From the NCBI GenBank assembly GCA_016008875.1, contig JADTQG010000014.1: a DNA stretch of 32,000 nt; one strand, 5' to 3'. The notes beneath the pieces were generated by a model. It was not told the origin of the DNA, made no database searches, and saw only the letters and a list, made by a program, of their open reading frames with translations. This DNA is from Ectopseudomonas mendocina. GTDB lineage: Bacteria > Pseudomonadota > Gammaproteobacteria > Pseudomonadales > Pseudomonadaceae. Every line of letters begins with the position of its first letter. Positions within the stretch are counted from its first letter, which is position 1. This document shows positions 1 to 9,779 of this stretch, piece after piece. The translations under genes were made by a program, and so were the position numbers.

Positions 1-102
1 TTCTGGACGCCTGCGCAGGCCGCGCTGCTGCGCGACGAGATTCTCGAGGACGCCGACTGGGCGCCGGTGGTCGACCAACTCAACGTGCGCCTGCACGGCT
101 GA
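1..102 (+). CDS. 3' end of a CDS truncated by the window edge, unknown product
   Basis: Frame 1 is open from base 1 to TGA at 100-102: FWTPAQAALLRDEILEDADWAPVVDQLNVRLHG*. Too short to assign. Confidence 0.45.
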   Translation, partial: FWTPAQAALLRDEILEDADWAPVVDQLNVRLHG

Positions 103-127
103 GCTCGCGGGGCAGCGCACCGGCGGC

Positions 128-619
128 TCAGTTAGCCGCCGTCATCTCGCGCCAGGTCAGGAACATGCGCAGGTCGAATTCGATCTGCGCATAGCCCGGC
201 AGCATATGGTCGCAAAGCTTGTAGAAGGCCTTGTTGTGCTCGGCCTCCTTCAGGTGCGCCAGCTCGTGCACCACGATCATTTGCAGAAAGGCCGGCGCGG
301 CGTCGCGAAACAGCGAGGCGACGCGAATCTCCTTCTTGGCCTTGAGCTTGCCGCCCTGCACACGCGAGATCGCCGTGTGCAGCCCCAAGGCGCGATGGGT
401 GAGGTCGAGGCGATTGTCGTAGAGCACCTTGTCGATGGCCGGTGCGTTCTTCAGGTGTTCCTGCTTGAGCGCCATCACGTAGCCGTACAGCGCCTTGTCG
501 CTCTGCACTTCGTGTCGCCCCGGATAACGCTGCGCCAGGTAACCGCCCAGCCGATCATCGGCGATCAGCTGGCGAACCTGCTGCTGCACGGCAACCGGAT
601 AACCCTGTAGATACTTCAA
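128..619 (-). CDS. YgjP-like / M48-type metal-dependent hydrolase
   Basis: 163 aa ORF with zinc-binding motif HELAHLKEAEHN, as in the YgjP/WLM-type metallopeptidase-like family. Confidence 0.85.
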   Translation of the reverse strand: MKYLQGYPVAVQQQVRQLIADDRLGGYLAQRYPGRHEVQSDKALYGYVMALKQEHLKNAPAIDKVLYDNRLDLTHRALGLHTAISRVQGGKLKAKKEIRVASLFRDAAPAFLQMIVVHELAHLKEAEHNKAFYKLCDHMLPGYAQIEFDLRMFLTWREMTAAN

Positions 620-667
620 CGATACGATCCCGCTTTCATCTGGACCGTCAGTGTACCGGATGGCGCA

Positions 668-1768
668 TCACTCGCTGGGAACCACACGCAACAGACGCCC
701 CTGCGGGTTGTCGGTGAGCAGGTAGAGGGCGCCGTCCGGCCCACTGCGCACGTCGCGAATGCGCTCGTCCAGCTCTTCGAACAGCGCCTCCTCACCCGCC
801 AGCATGCCGTCACGCACACGAATGCGGCGCACGCTGCGCTCGGCCAGGGTGGCGGCGAACAGATCGCCCTGCCACTCGGGGAACAGCTCGCCGCGATACA
901 GCGTCAGGCTCGACGGCGCCACCGAAGGTGTCCAGTGCAGCAGGGGTGCGGTCAGCCCCGGCAACTCGGTGTAGGGGCTGACCCGCGCGCCGGTGTAATC
1001 AACGCCGAAGGTCGCCAGCGGCCAGCCGTAGTTGTTGCCAGCTTCGATCAGGTTGAGCTCGTCTCCCCCGCGCGGGCCGTGCTCGTGGCTGTACAGGCGG
1101 TCGTGCTCGGCGTCGAAGAAGATACCCTGGACGTTGCGGTGGCCGAGGCTGTAGATCTCCGGCGCGGCCCCTTCTTGCCCCACCAGCGGGTTGTCCTGCG
1201 GCACGCTGCCGTCGCGGTTCAGCCGCACGATCTTGCCCAGGTGATTGGCCGGGTTCTGCGCCTCCTCACGCCAGTCGAAGCCGTCGCCCAGGGTCAGCAC
1301 CAGGGTCTTGTCAGCGAGAAAGGCGATACGCCCGCCATAGTGCGAAGCTCCAGCCTTGAGCGGCTGGGCGGTGAATAGCACCTCGAAGTCATGCAGCTCG
1401 TCGTCCACCAGGCGGGCACGGGCCAGGCGCGTGTTGTTGGCCTCCAGCGAGCCGTGCGCGTAGGTCAGGTACAGCCAGCGGTTGTCGCTGTAGTCCGGGT
1501 CCAGCGCCACTTCCATCAGCCCGGCCTGGGCCGCAATGAACGCCTCGGGCAGGCCCGCGACAGGTTCCGGGTCGACACTGCCGTCGGCCTCGATGATGCG
1601 CAGGCGCCCGACGCGCTCGGTGACCAGCATGCGCCCATCCGGCAGGAAGGCCATCGCCCATGGATTCTCCAGGCCTTCGCTGAAGATCTCGATGCGGTAA
1701 TCCAGCGCCAGCACGGGCGCACTGACGAACAGGGCGCCGAGCAATAGCGCGCGGGTACTTCTCAACAT
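668..1768 (-). CDS. PQQ-dependent soluble sugar dehydrogenase family protein (YliI/aldose sugar dehydrogenase-like)
   Basis: Signal peptide MLRSTRALLLGALFVSAPVLA, then ...GLENPWAMAFLPDGRMLVTERVGRLR..., ...LGDGFDWREEAQNPANHLGKIVRLNRDG..., ...YSLGHRNVQGIFFD...HEHGPRGGDELNLIEAGNNYGWP. Start moved from 1834 to the ATG at 1768 because of the signal peptide. Confidence 0.92.
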   Translation of the reverse strand: MLRSTRALLLGALFVSAPVLALDYRIEIFSEGLENPWAMAFLPDGRMLVTERVGRLRIIEADGSVDPEPVAGLPEAFIAAQAGLMEVALDPDYSDNRWLYLTYAHGSLEANNTRLARARLVDDELHDFEVLFTAQPLKAGASHYGGRIAFLADKTLVLTLGDGFDWREEAQNPANHLGKIVRLNRDGSVPQDNPLVGQEGAAPEIYSLGHRNVQGIFFDAEHDRLYSHEHGPRGGDELNLIEAGNNYGWPLATFGVDYTGARVSPYTELPGLTAPLLHWTPSVAPSSLTLYRGELFPEWQGDLFAATLAERSVRRIRVRDGMLAGEEALFEELDERIRDVRSGPDGALYLLTDNPQGRLLRVVPSE

Positions 1769-1781
1769 GGGCAACGCCTTG

Positions 1782-2258
1782 TCACAGGGAGTCGGAAGAG
1801 GTCGGGCGCGTCCGGTAGCGCACACGCCGGCCAAGCAGGCCGAACAGCAATGCGCCGACGCTGCCGCAGGCCATTAGCCCGAGCGTGCCGACCGGGCTGC
1901 GATCAGCGGCGATCAGCGTCGGCATCGGGGCCACGACGTTGGCCAGCGCCAATGCCGACCAGATGGCCAGCGCGCCCGCCAGAACGAAGATCAGCCAGCG
2001 CAGCGTCGGCATGCGCCGGGCGAACCAGGTGGCCAGCGGCAGGGCGACGAGAAAGCCCAGCGCACTGAGCAGGATGAAGGTGGGGGCGAAACCGAGCAGG
2101 TCGAGGCACGTGGTGCCAACGCGCACATCCATTGGCACCGGCGCACCCAGAGCCTGCAGGGCGGCAAGGTTGGTCTGAGTCTGGAAGATCGAGGCAAGCA
2201 GCGAAGCCAGCAACACGGCGAGGAGGAAAGCGAGCAACAGGCGCGGCTTGCTGGACAT
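1782..2258 (-). CDS. small multi-pass membrane protein, unknown function
   Basis: Several hydrophobic segments (LLLAFLLAVLLASLLAS, FILLSALGFLVALPLA, WLIFVLAGALAIWSALALANVV). Start chosen at internal MSSKPR. Confidence 0.6.
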   Translation of the reverse strand: MSSKPRLLLAFLLAVLLASLLASIFQTQTNLAALQALGAPVPMDVRVGTTCLDLLGFAPTFILLSALGFLVALPLATWFARRMPTLRWLIFVLAGALAIWSALALANVVAPMPTLIAADRSPVGTLGLMACGSVGALLFGLLGRRVRYRTRPTSSDSL

Positions 2259-2418
2259 GGATGACGGTTCCCGGAACGACAGTGCACGAATTATGGCGCA
2301 CCCCACCGGCCGTTATGCCTTGGGTGTTTTACAGGGTTTTACCTACACCGGGCGCGCCATCCCACACTTCTGGCGGAGCTGCACAGTGGATTAAAAGCGC
2401 CAATGATAATGACTTTAT

Positions 2419-2430
2419 ATTGGCGCCAAT
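2419..2430. promoter_or_regulatory. Perfect 12-bp palindrome ATTGGCGCCAAT plus an extra half-site GCGCCAAT at 2397-2404; candidate operator upstream of the PL7 lyase
   Basis: Direct sequence: GCGCCAAT-N14-ATTGGCGCCAAT in the intergenic region, about 200 bp upstream of the lyase ATG. Confidence 0.4.
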
Positions 2431-2627
2431 AAGACGACGTACGGCTATCACGCTTTCGCCCCAGTTGCCGTTATAAAGCGCGCCACGAGCGCACTCGCCG
2501 CCCGTGAAGGCAGCCCTGCCACCCTTCTAGCTCGCGCGTCACCGGCTGGAACGCCAAGTAAGCCGTTACTGACTCCTGGATGAGATGTGCCCCCGACTGA
2601 AGTTTCCTTTTTCAGGAGCTTTTGAAC

Positions 2628-3311
2628 ATGATCGAACTCGCCATGTGGAATCTCAGCGTTCCAGTCGGCGTCCCCGCGACCACCATCGAGACCCGCGTTC
2701 TGGCCGGTGGTTACCAGGATCACTATTTCCAGTCCAAGGAAGGCGCCATCTTCTTCTGGGCACCGGTCAATGGCACCACGACCGAGAGCGCGAAATACCC
2801 CCGCACCGAACTGCGCGAAACCTTCGCCGACGGCCGTCTGCGCAACTGGACCTACCCGGAGGCGGACAATTTCCTGCGTGCGTCGCTTAGCGTCAGCCAG
2901 GTGCCGTCCACCGGCAAGATCGTCATCGGCCAGATCCACGCGCTGAAGAGTTCCGAGCCGCTACTCAAGCTGGAGTACCAGTACAAGACCAAAACCGCCG
3001 ACGGCAATATCGTCGCCAAGGTCCGCGTGACGCCAACGTCGGAGATTCAGGTGGTGAACATCGCCAGCGGCATCCGTCTGAACCAGCCGTTTCGCTACGT
3101 GATCAACCTGAAACCCGACGGCACCCTGGCCATCAGCCTCAACAGCATCAACTGGAACACCCGAGTGGAGCCGACCTGGGCGATCAAACCGCTGTACTTC
3201 AAGGCTGGCGTCTACACCCAGGACAACACCGGGTATGAAACCGAAGCCGGCGCCGCGCGCTTCGATCTGCTCAAGATCGAACACCGCTCGCTGGTGGGTG
3301 CCGCGAACTGA
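2628..3311 (+). CDS. Polysaccharide lyase family 7 (alginate lyase-like) protein without an obvious signal peptide
   Basis: Contains the three PL7 signature blocks: RTELRE, GQIHA and YFKAGVYTQ. ATG at 2628 lies behind TTCAGGAGC. Confidence 0.92.
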   Translation: MIELAMWNLSVPVGVPATTIETRVLAGGYQDHYFQSKEGAIFFWAPVNGTTTESAKYPRTELRETFADGRLRNWTYPEADNFLRASLSVSQVPSTGKIVIGQIHALKSSEPLLKLEYQYKTKTADGNIVAKVRVTPTSEIQVVNIASGIRLNQPFRYVINLKPDGTLAISLNSINWNTRVEPTWAIKPLYFKAGVYTQDNTGYETEAGAARFDLLKIEHRSLVGAAN

Positions 3312-3331
3312 CGCAACCTGAACGCACGCCA

Positions 3332-3370
3332 TAAAAAAACGCCGCGACTCCGTGAGGAACCGCGGCGTTT
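3332..3370 (-). terminator. Rho-independent terminator for fba
   Basis: AACGCCGCG (3338-3346) / CGCGGCGTT (3361-3369), 9-bp stem, followed on the minus strand by a T tract (A run 3333-3339 on the plus strand). Confidence 0.85.
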
Positions 3371-3388
3371 GCGTGCAACGCGCCTGGC

Positions 3389-4453
3389 TTAGTTGACCTT
3401 GGCGTTCAGCTCGCCGCTGGCGTAGCGCTGGAACATGCCTTCCAGGGAGATCGGCTTGATCTTGGAGGCATTGCCAGCGGTGCCGAAGGCTTCGTAGCGG
3501 GCGATGCAGATGTCACGCATGGCGACGATGGTCTTGGCGAAGAACTTGCGCGGGTCGAACTCGCTCGGGTGCTCGGCCATCATGCGGCGGATGGCGCCGG
3601 TGGAAGCCAGACGCAGGTCGGTGTCGATGTTGACCTTGCGCACGCCGTGCTTGATGCCTTCGACGATTTCCTCGACCGGCACACCGTAGGTTTCCTTGAT
3701 GTCGCCGCCGAATTCGTTGATCACCTTCAGCCATTCCTGCGGAACGGAGGAGGAACCGTGCATCACCAGGTGGGTGTTGGGGATGCGCTTGTGGATTTCC
3801 TTGATGCGCTCGATGGAGAGCACGTCGCCGGTTGGCGGCTTGGTGAATTTGTAGGCGCCGTGGCTGGTGCCGATGGCGATGGCCAGGGCATCGACCTGAG
3901 TGGCCTTGACGAAGGCCGCGGCTTCTTCCGGATCGGTCAGCAGTTGGCTGTGATCCAGCACGCCTTCGGCGCCGACGCCGTCTTCCTCACCGGCCATGCC
4001 GGTTTCCAGGCTACCCAGGCAGCCCAGCTCGCCTTCCACCGACACGCCACAGGCGTGGGCGAACGCCACGGTCTGCTGGGTCACGCGGACGTTGTAGTCG
4101 TAGTCGGCCGGGGTCTTGCCGTCTTCCTTCAGCGAGCCGTCCATCATGACCGAGGAAAAACCCAGCTGGATCGAGCGCTGGCACACGTCAGGGCTGGTGC
4201 CGTGGTCCTGGTGCATGCACACCGGAATGTGCGGAAATTCTTCGATAGCAGCCAGGATCAGGTGGCGCAGGAACGGCGCACCGGCGTACTTGCGGGCACC
4301 AGCGGAGGCCTGGACGATGACCGGCGAATCGGTCTTGTCGGCGGCTTCCATGATGGCGCGCATCTGCTCGAGGTTGTTGACGTTGAAGGCCGGCACGCCG
4401 TAGCCGAATTCGGCGGCGTGGTCGAGCATCTGGCGCATGCTGATAAGTGCCAT
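3389..4453 (-). CDS. fba: Class II fructose-bisphosphate aldolase
   Basis: [39 protein letters not shown]..., [25 protein letters not shown]. Start corrected from 4522 to ATG at 4453. Confidence 0.98.
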   Translation of the reverse strand: MALISMRQMLDHAAEFGYGVPAFNVNNLEQMRAIMEAADKTDSPVIVQASAGARKYAGAPFLRHLILAAIEEFPHIPVCMHQDHGTSPDVCQRSIQLGFSSVMMDGSLKEDGKTPADYDYNVRVTQQTVAFAHACGVSVEGELGCLGSLETGMAGEEDGVGAEGVLDHSQLLTDPEEAAAFVKATQVDALAIAIGTSHGAYKFTKPPTGDVLSIERIKEIHKRIPNTHLVMHGSSSVPQEWLKVINEFGGDIKETYGVPVEEIVEGIKHGVRKVNIDTDLRLASTGAIRRMMAEHPSEFDPRKFFAKTIVAMRDICIARYEAFGTAGNASKIKPISLEGMFQRYASGELNAKVN

Positions 4454-4576
4454 GGTGTTTCTGTCTCCCGGTTTGGAGGTCGTTAATCGTGCAAGCCTGC
4501 CGCAGGGGCAGGCGTTGTTCAAGTTTCGTGAAGCTGGGACATGCCCGCCGCTCTCACCTCGGCATCACCGAGGATG

Positions 4577-4903
4577 TTACGGAGCCTTGCAGCCGCGGCC
4601 TATCAGGTCATCGGTGGCCGTCCAGTAGACCAGACCTTCCTCACCCTTGGTGTGGAAGGATAGACGCCCGTCGCTGTACAGCGCGCCGGAGGCGGCCGGT
4701 TCCTGAGTCAGGCGATAGACGATGTCGTCACCGCCCAGGCGCACGTCCACCTGATCGAAGCTGCCATTGGCGAAGCGCCACTGGACTTCGGCCTGGCTGT
4801 CGCACACCCAGCGATTCCACTGATCCGGCGCGGCCGGCTGGTTGCTGCAGGCTGCCAGCAGCAGGGCGATGGCAGCGAGCCCCGCCAGTTTGATCCCGCT
4901 CAA
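4577..4903 (-). CDS. MliC family (c-type lysozyme inhibitor-like) lipoprotein
   Basis: Lipobox LLLAAC, then WVCDSQAEVQWRFANGSFDQVDVRLGGDDIVYRLTQEPAASGALYSDGRLSFHTKGEEGLVYW, an MliC-like domain. Confidence 0.8.
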   Translation of the reverse strand: MSGIKLAGLAAIALLLAACSNQPAAPDQWNRWVCDSQAEVQWRFANGSFDQVDVRLGGDDIVYRLTQEPAASGALYSDGRLSFHTKGEEGLVYWTATDDLIGRGCKAP

Positions 4904-4916
4904 TTACCTCTCCTCG

Positions 4917-5102
4917 TCAGCAACGCTGTTCCGGCGCCGGGCCAGTAGGCTGGCCGGTGCTTTCCTCGACACGCTGATCATCCTGAGTGGTCGGGGTCTC
5001 GATCTGCGCAGGGCTGAAGACCTCGCAGGCCGCCTCCCGACCACCGCCGGCACAACCGGCCAGCAACATACCAATCACGCTCAATGCGGCTAACTTGTCC
5101 AT
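4917..5102 (-). CDS. Small putative lipoprotein
   Basis: MDKLAALSVIGMLLAGCAGGG... with lipobox LLAGC; sits between pgk and the MliC gene on the same strand. Confidence 0.6.
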   Translation of the reverse strand: MDKLAALSVIGMLLAGCAGGGREAACEVFSPAQIETPTTQDDQRVEESTGQPTGPAPEQRC

Positions 5103-5206
5103 GACACGACTCCTTGTACGATGATCCGGTTTTCTACAGACCACCCGTTCGCGTCAGGGTTTAATCAGCCGGGGCGCTGGGTGACACCCATCATCCTGGC
5201 TCGCCT

Positions 5207-6367
5207 TTATTGTGCGCGCTGCTCCAGCACTTCCACGGCCGGCAGTACCTTGCCCTCGACGAACTCGAGGAACGCACCGCCACCAGTGGAAATGTAGGAA
5301 ATCTTCTCGGCCACGCCGTACTTGTCGATGGCCGCCAGGGTGTCGCCACCGCCAGCGATGGAGAACGCCGGGCTCTCGGCGATGGCCAGGGCCAGGGCCT
5401 TGGTGCCGTTGCCGAACTGGTCGAACTCGAACACGCCGACCGGGCCGTTCCACAGAATGGTCTGCGAGGCCTTGAGCATCTCGGCGAACTGCTTGGCGGT
5501 CTGCGGGCCGATATCGAGGATCATGTCGTCTTCAGCGACGTCCTGAACCGACTTTACGGTGGCTTCGGCGTCTTCGGCGAAGGCCTTGGCCACCACCACA
5601 TCGACCGGCAGCGGTACGCTGACCTTGGCCGCGATGGCCTTGGCGGTGTCGACCAGATCGGCCTCGTACAGCGACTTGCCCACCGGCAGGCCGGCAGCGG
5701 CGAGGAAGGTGTTGGCGATGCCGCCACCGACGATCAGCGAATCGCAGATGTCCGCCAGCGAGTTGAGCACGTCGAGCTTGGTCGACACCTTGGAGCCGGC
5801 GACGATGGCCAGCATCGGCCGGGCCGGCTTGTCCAGGGCCTTGCCCAGGGCGTCCAGCTCGGCAGCCAGCAGCGGGCCGGCGCAGGCGACCTTGGCGAAC
5901 TTGGCCACGCCGTGGGTCGAGCCCTGGGCGCGGTGGGCAGTACCGAAGGCGTCCATCACGAACACGTCGCACAGAGCGGCGTACTGCTGGGCCAGCTCGT
6001 CGGTGTTCTTCTTCTCGCCCTTGTTGAAACGCACGTTCTCCAGCAGCACCAGCTCACCGGCCTTGACCTCGACACCGCCGAGGTAGTCCTTGACCAGCGG
6101 TACTTCGCGGCCGAGGGCCTTGCTCAGGTAGGTGGCGACCGGTGCCAGGCTGTTTTCCTCGCTGTAGACGCCCTCTTCCGGACGGCCCAGGTGCGAGCAG
6201 ACCAGTACGGCCGCGCCTTTTTCCAGCGCCAGCTTGATGGTCGGCAGCGAGGCGAGGATACGCGCGTCGCTCTTGACCACACCGTCCTTCACCGGGACGT
6301 TGAGGTCTTCGCGGATCAACACGCGCTTACCATTGAGGTCGAGGTCGGTCATTTTCAGAACGGTCAT
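5207..6367 (-). CDS. pgk: Phosphoglycerate kinase
   Basis: [29 protein letters not shown]..., [38 protein letters not shown]. Confidence 0.99.
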   Translation of the reverse strand: MTVLKMTDLDLNGKRVLIREDLNVPVKDGVVKSDARILASLPTIKLALEKGAAVLVCSHLGRPEEGVYSEENSLAPVATYLSKALGREVPLVKDYLGGVEVKAGELVLLENVRFNKGEKKNTDELAQQYAALCDVFVMDAFGTAHRAQGSTHGVAKFAKVACAGPLLAAELDALGKALDKPARPMLAIVAGSKVSTKLDVLNSLADICDSLIVGGGIANTFLAAAGLPVGKSLYEADLVDTAKAIAAKVSVPLPVDVVVAKAFAEDAEATVKSVQDVAEDDMILDIGPQTAKQFAEMLKASQTILWNGPVGVFEFDQFGNGTKALALAIAESPAFSIAGGGDTLAAIDKYGVAEKISYISTGGGAFLEFVEGKVLPAVEVLEQRAQ

Positions 6368-6378
6368 GGATCAGTCCT

Positions 6379-7428
6379 TTACGGAGCAGGATTGGCTGTT
6401 AATAGGAAATGTTCGGCGACATCGAGCATGCGGTTGGCGAACCCCCACTCGTTGTCGAACCAGGCCAGCAGGTTGACCAGGCGCGGGCCGGACACGCGGG
6501 TCTGGCTGCCGTCGACGATGGCCGAGTGCGGGTCATGGTTGAAGTCGCAGCTGGCATGCGGCAATTCGGTGTAGGCCAGCAGTCCCTTGAGCGGGCCGCT
6601 TTCCGCTGCCAGGCGCAGCACACGGTTGATCTCTTCTGCCGAGGTGTCGCGCGCGGTCTGCAGGGTAATGTCCAGGCAGGAGACGTTGACCGTCGGCACG
6701 CGGATGGCCTTGGCCTGGATGCGCCCGGCCAGCTCTGGCAGCAGGCGCTCGATACCACGGGCCAGCCCGGTGGATACCGGGATCACCGACTGGAAGGCCG
6801 AGCGCGTGCGGCGCAGGTCTTCGTGGTGATAGGCATCGATTACGGGCTGGTCGTTCATCGCCGAGTGGATGGTGGTAATGGAGACGTACTCCAGACCCAC
6901 CACCTCGTCGAGAAGTTTCAACAGCGGCACACCGCAGTTGGTGGTACAGGACGCATTCGACACAAGGCGCTCGCCGCCGCTCAGGCACTGCTGATTGACG
7001 CCAAAGACGACAGTGGCGTCGATATCCGCCTCGCTCGCCATCGGCTGCGACAGCAACACCCGCGGCGCGCCGGCATCGAGGAAACGCTCGGCGTCGGCAC
7101 GCGTGGTGTACTGCCCCGAGCATTCGAGCAGCAGGTCGAGATCCAGCGCCGCCCAGTCGACGGCCTCTGGCTCGCTCTGACGCAGCACCTTCACACAGTC
7201 GCCATTGATGTGCAGGCAATCGCCATCGACCTTCACCTCACCGGGAAAACGCCCGTGGGTGGAGTCGAAGCGGGTCAGGTATTCGATGCTGGCCTGGTCG
7301 GCCAGGTCGTTGAGCGCGACGATTTCCAGGCTCGCGGCATTACCACGCTCGTGCAGCGCGCGCAGCACGCAACGGCCGATACGGCCATAGCCGTTGAGGG
7401 CAACGCGATAGGGGCGATGGCGTGGCAT
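6379..7428 (-). CDS. epd: GAPDH-like erythrose-4-phosphate dehydrogenase
   Basis: RVALNGYGRIGRCVLRALHER, SNASCTTNC catalytic motif, WFDNEWGFANRMLD; positioned between tkt and pgk. Confidence 0.9.
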   Translation of the reverse strand: MPRHRPYRVALNGYGRIGRCVLRALHERGNAASLEIVALNDLADQASIEYLTRFDSTHGRFPGEVKVDGDCLHINGDCVKVLRQSEPEAVDWAALDLDLLLECSGQYTTRADAERFLDAGAPRVLLSQPMASEADIDATVVFGVNQQCLSGGERLVSNASCTTNCGVPLLKLLDEVVGLEYVSITTIHSAMNDQPVIDAYHHEDLRRTRSAFQSVIPVSTGLARGIERLLPELAGRIQAKAIRVPTVNVSCLDITLQTARDTSAEEINRVLRLAAESGPLKGLLAYTELPHASCDFNHDPHSAIVDGSQTRVSGPRLVNLLAWFDNEWGFANRMLDVAEHFLLTANPAP

Positions 7429-7459
7429 AGGCGCTCACAAGGAAAGAGAAACCTGGCCG

Positions 7460-7500
7460 GCGAGCACTGTGCGAGACCAGAGGTTCCGCGCAGTGCTCGC
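7460..7500 (-). other. Strong hairpin in the tkt-epd intergenic region
   Basis: GCGAGCACTGTGCG (7460-7473) / CGCGCAGTGCTCGC (7487-7500), 14 positions paired with one G-U-type position, 13-nt loop, no T tract. Confidence 0.7.
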
Positions 7501-7515
7501 TTCCAAGAACGGTGC

Positions 7516-9516
7516 TTAGGCTTCGAGCAGCTCTTCGGCAGTGCCGATGATGTTCTCGACGGTGAAGCCGAAATGCTCGAACAGCTGACCGGCAGGCGCC
7601 GACTCGCCGTAGGTGTCCATGCCGATGATGCGACCTTCGAGGCCGACGTACTTGTACCAGAAGTCCGCGTGGGCGGCTTCGATGGCGATCCGCGCAGTAA
7701 CCTGCAGCGGCAGTACAGACTGCTTGTAGGCGGCGTCCTGCTGGTCGAAGACGTTGGTCGACGGCATCGACACCACGCGCACCTTGCGGCCCTGCTCGCT
7801 CAGCTTGTCGGCGGCCTGAATGGCCAGGCCGACTTCCGAGCCGGTGGCGATCAGGATCAGCTCCGGCTCGCCGGCGCAGTCCTTGAGCACGTAGCCGCCA
7901 CGGCTGATGGCCGCTTCGGTTTCGTGGTCGCGCAGGTTATGCGGCAGGTTCTGGCGCGAGAAGATCAGCGCGCTCGGGCCGTCTTTGCGCTCGACGGCGT
8001 GTTTCCAGGCTACCGCGGCTTCGACGGTATCCGCCGGGCGCCAGGTGTCCAGGTTCGGCGTGGTGCGCAGGCTGGTCAGCTGCTCGACCGGCTGGTGGGT
8101 CGGGCCGTCTTCACCGAGACCGATGGAGTCGTGGGTGAACACGTAGAGCACGCGCTGCTTCATCAGCGCCGACATGCGCACCGCGTTGCGCGCGTATTCC
8201 ATGAACATCAGGAAGGTCGCGCCGTAGGGAATCAGGCCGCCGTGCAGAGCCACGCCGTTCATGATCGCGCTCATGCCGAACTCGCGCACGCCGTAGTACA
8301 TGTAGTTGCCCGAGGCATCCTCGGCGACCACCGGCTTGCAGCCCTTCCACAGGGTCAGGTTGGAACCGGCGAGGTCCGCCGAGCCGCCGAGCAGCTCCGG
8401 CAGCAGCGGGCCAAAGGCGTTCAGGCAGTTCTGGCTGGCCTTGCGGCTGGCGATGGTTTCGCCCTTCTCGGCGACGGCGCGGATGAACTCGCTGGCCTTT
8501 TCGGAGAAATCGGCTGGCAGCTCGCCTGCCATGCGGCGGATGAATTCGTTGGCCAGTTCCGGATGCGCAGCGGAATAAGCAGCGAAGCGCTGGTCCCACT
8601 CGGCTTCGGCCGCCAGGCCGGCTTCCTTGGCATCCCACTCGGCGTAGATGTCTGCCGGGATTTCGAACGGCGCGTGGTTCCAGTTCAGGGCAGCGCGGGT
8701 CAGGGCGATTTCATCGTGGCCCAGAGCGGCGCCGTGGGATTCTTCCTTGCCCTGCTTGTTCGGCGAACCGAAGCCGATGATGGTCTTGCAGCAGATCAGC
8801 GTCGGACGGTCGCTGGACTTGCGCGCGGTGTCGATGGCCATCTTGATTTCGTCGGCATCGTGGCCGTCGACATTGCGGATCACCTGCCAGCCGTAGGCTT
8901 CGAAGCGTGCCGGGGTGTCGTCGGTGAACCAGCCGTGCACTTCGCCGTCGATGGAAATGCCATTGTCGTCGTAGAAGGCGATCAGCTTGCCCAGGCCCAG
9001 GGTGCCGGCCAGCGAGCAGACTTCATGGCTGATGCCTTCCATCATGCAGCCGTCGCCGAGGAACACGTAGGTGTGGTGATCGACGATGTTGTGGCCGTCG
9101 CGGTTGAACTGCGCCGCCATGATCTTTTCCGCCAGGGCGAAGCCCACGGCGTTGGCGATGCCCTGGCCGAGCGGACCGGTGGTGGTCTCGACGCCTGGCG
9201 CATAGCCGAACTCCGGGTGGCCCGGGGTCTTGCTGTGCAGCTGGCGGAAGTTCTTCAGGTCGTCGATCGACAGGTCGTAGCCGGTCAGGTGCAGCAGCGA
9301 ATAGATCAGCATCGAGCCGTGGCCGTTGGACAGCACAAAGCGGTCACGATCGGCGAAGTTCGGGTTGGCCGGGTTGTGCTTCAGATAGTCGCGCCACAGC
9401 ACTTCGGCGATGTCCGCCATGCCCATGGGGGCACCGGGGTGGCCGCTGTTGGCTTTCTGCACAGCATCCATGCTGAGGGCACGAATGGCATTGGCTCGCT
9501 CACGACGGCTGGGCAT
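7516..9516 (-). CDS. tkt: Transketolase
   Basis: [41 protein letters not shown]..., [12 protein letters not shown]. Start corrected from 9684 to ATG at 9516. Confidence 0.98.
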   Translation of the reverse strand: MPSRRERANAIRALSMDAVQKANSGHPGAPMGMADIAEVLWRDYLKHNPANPNFADRDRFVLSNGHGSMLIYSLLHLTGYDLSIDDLKNFRQLHSKTPGHPEFGYAPGVETTTGPLGQGIANAVGFALAEKIMAAQFNRDGHNIVDHHTYVFLGDGCMMEGISHEVCSLAGTLGLGKLIAFYDDNGISIDGEVHGWFTDDTPARFEAYGWQVIRNVDGHDADEIKMAIDTARKSSDRPTLICCKTIIGFGSPNKQGKEESHGAALGHDEIALTRAALNWNHAPFEIPADIYAEWDAKEAGLAAEAEWDQRFAAYSAAHPELANEFIRRMAGELPADFSEKASEFIRAVAEKGETIASRKASQNCLNAFGPLLPELLGGSADLAGSNLTLWKGCKPVVAEDASGNYMYYGVREFGMSAIMNGVALHGGLIPYGATFLMFMEYARNAVRMSALMKQRVLYVFTHDSIGLGEDGPTHQPVEQLTSLRTTPNLDTWRPADTVEAAVAWKHAVERKDGPSALIFSRQNLPHNLRDHETEAAISRGGYVLKDCAGEPELILIATGSEVGLAIQAADKLSEQGRKVRVVSMPSTNVFDQQDAAYKQSVLPLQVTARIAIEAAHADFWYKYVGLEGRIIGMDTYGESAPAGQLFEHFGFTVENIIGTAEELLEA

Positions 9517-9743
9517 CGCTGAATCTCCTACGGGGGCTGCTTCTGAATGAAGGGGGGCGAAAAAAGGCGTGTATTTTTGCCCAGCCGGGCCCCGCGGAGC
9601 AATGACAGATGGTCGTAGAGCCAAAATCAGCCCGCCTGTCTCGCTTGAAACACTCTGCGCAAGGCTGTTTGCCAGGCCTATCACCGCCCCGTGCCGGCAT
9701 GACCTCCTGCACTGTGACGCATGGCCTCCAGGCCACCCCCGAA

Positions 9744-9771
9744 ACCAATATCAAAACTTTTTGATATTGGT
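9744..9771. promoter_or_regulatory. Perfect 13-bp inverted repeat, candidate SahR-type operator
   Basis: ACCAATATCAAAA-CT-TTTTGATATTGGT, ending 8 bp before the ATG at 9780. Confidence 0.75.
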
Positions 9772-9779
9772 GTTGCTGT

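Noticed and set aside
3569-4486. 305-aa plus-strand ORF
   Set aside because: Antisense to fba; shadow ORF.
4495-4513. GCCTGCC-N5-GGCAGGC hairpin upstream of fba
   Set aside because: Short 7-bp GC-rich stem, common by chance in this GC context and without a T tract.
5210-6574. 454-aa plus-strand ORF
   Set aside because: Antisense to pgk; shadow ORF.
6409-9522. 1037-aa plus-strand ORF
   Set aside because: Fully antisense to tkt and epd, low-complexity Val/Gly/Ala/Gln-rich translation typical of shadow ORFs in high-GC DNA.
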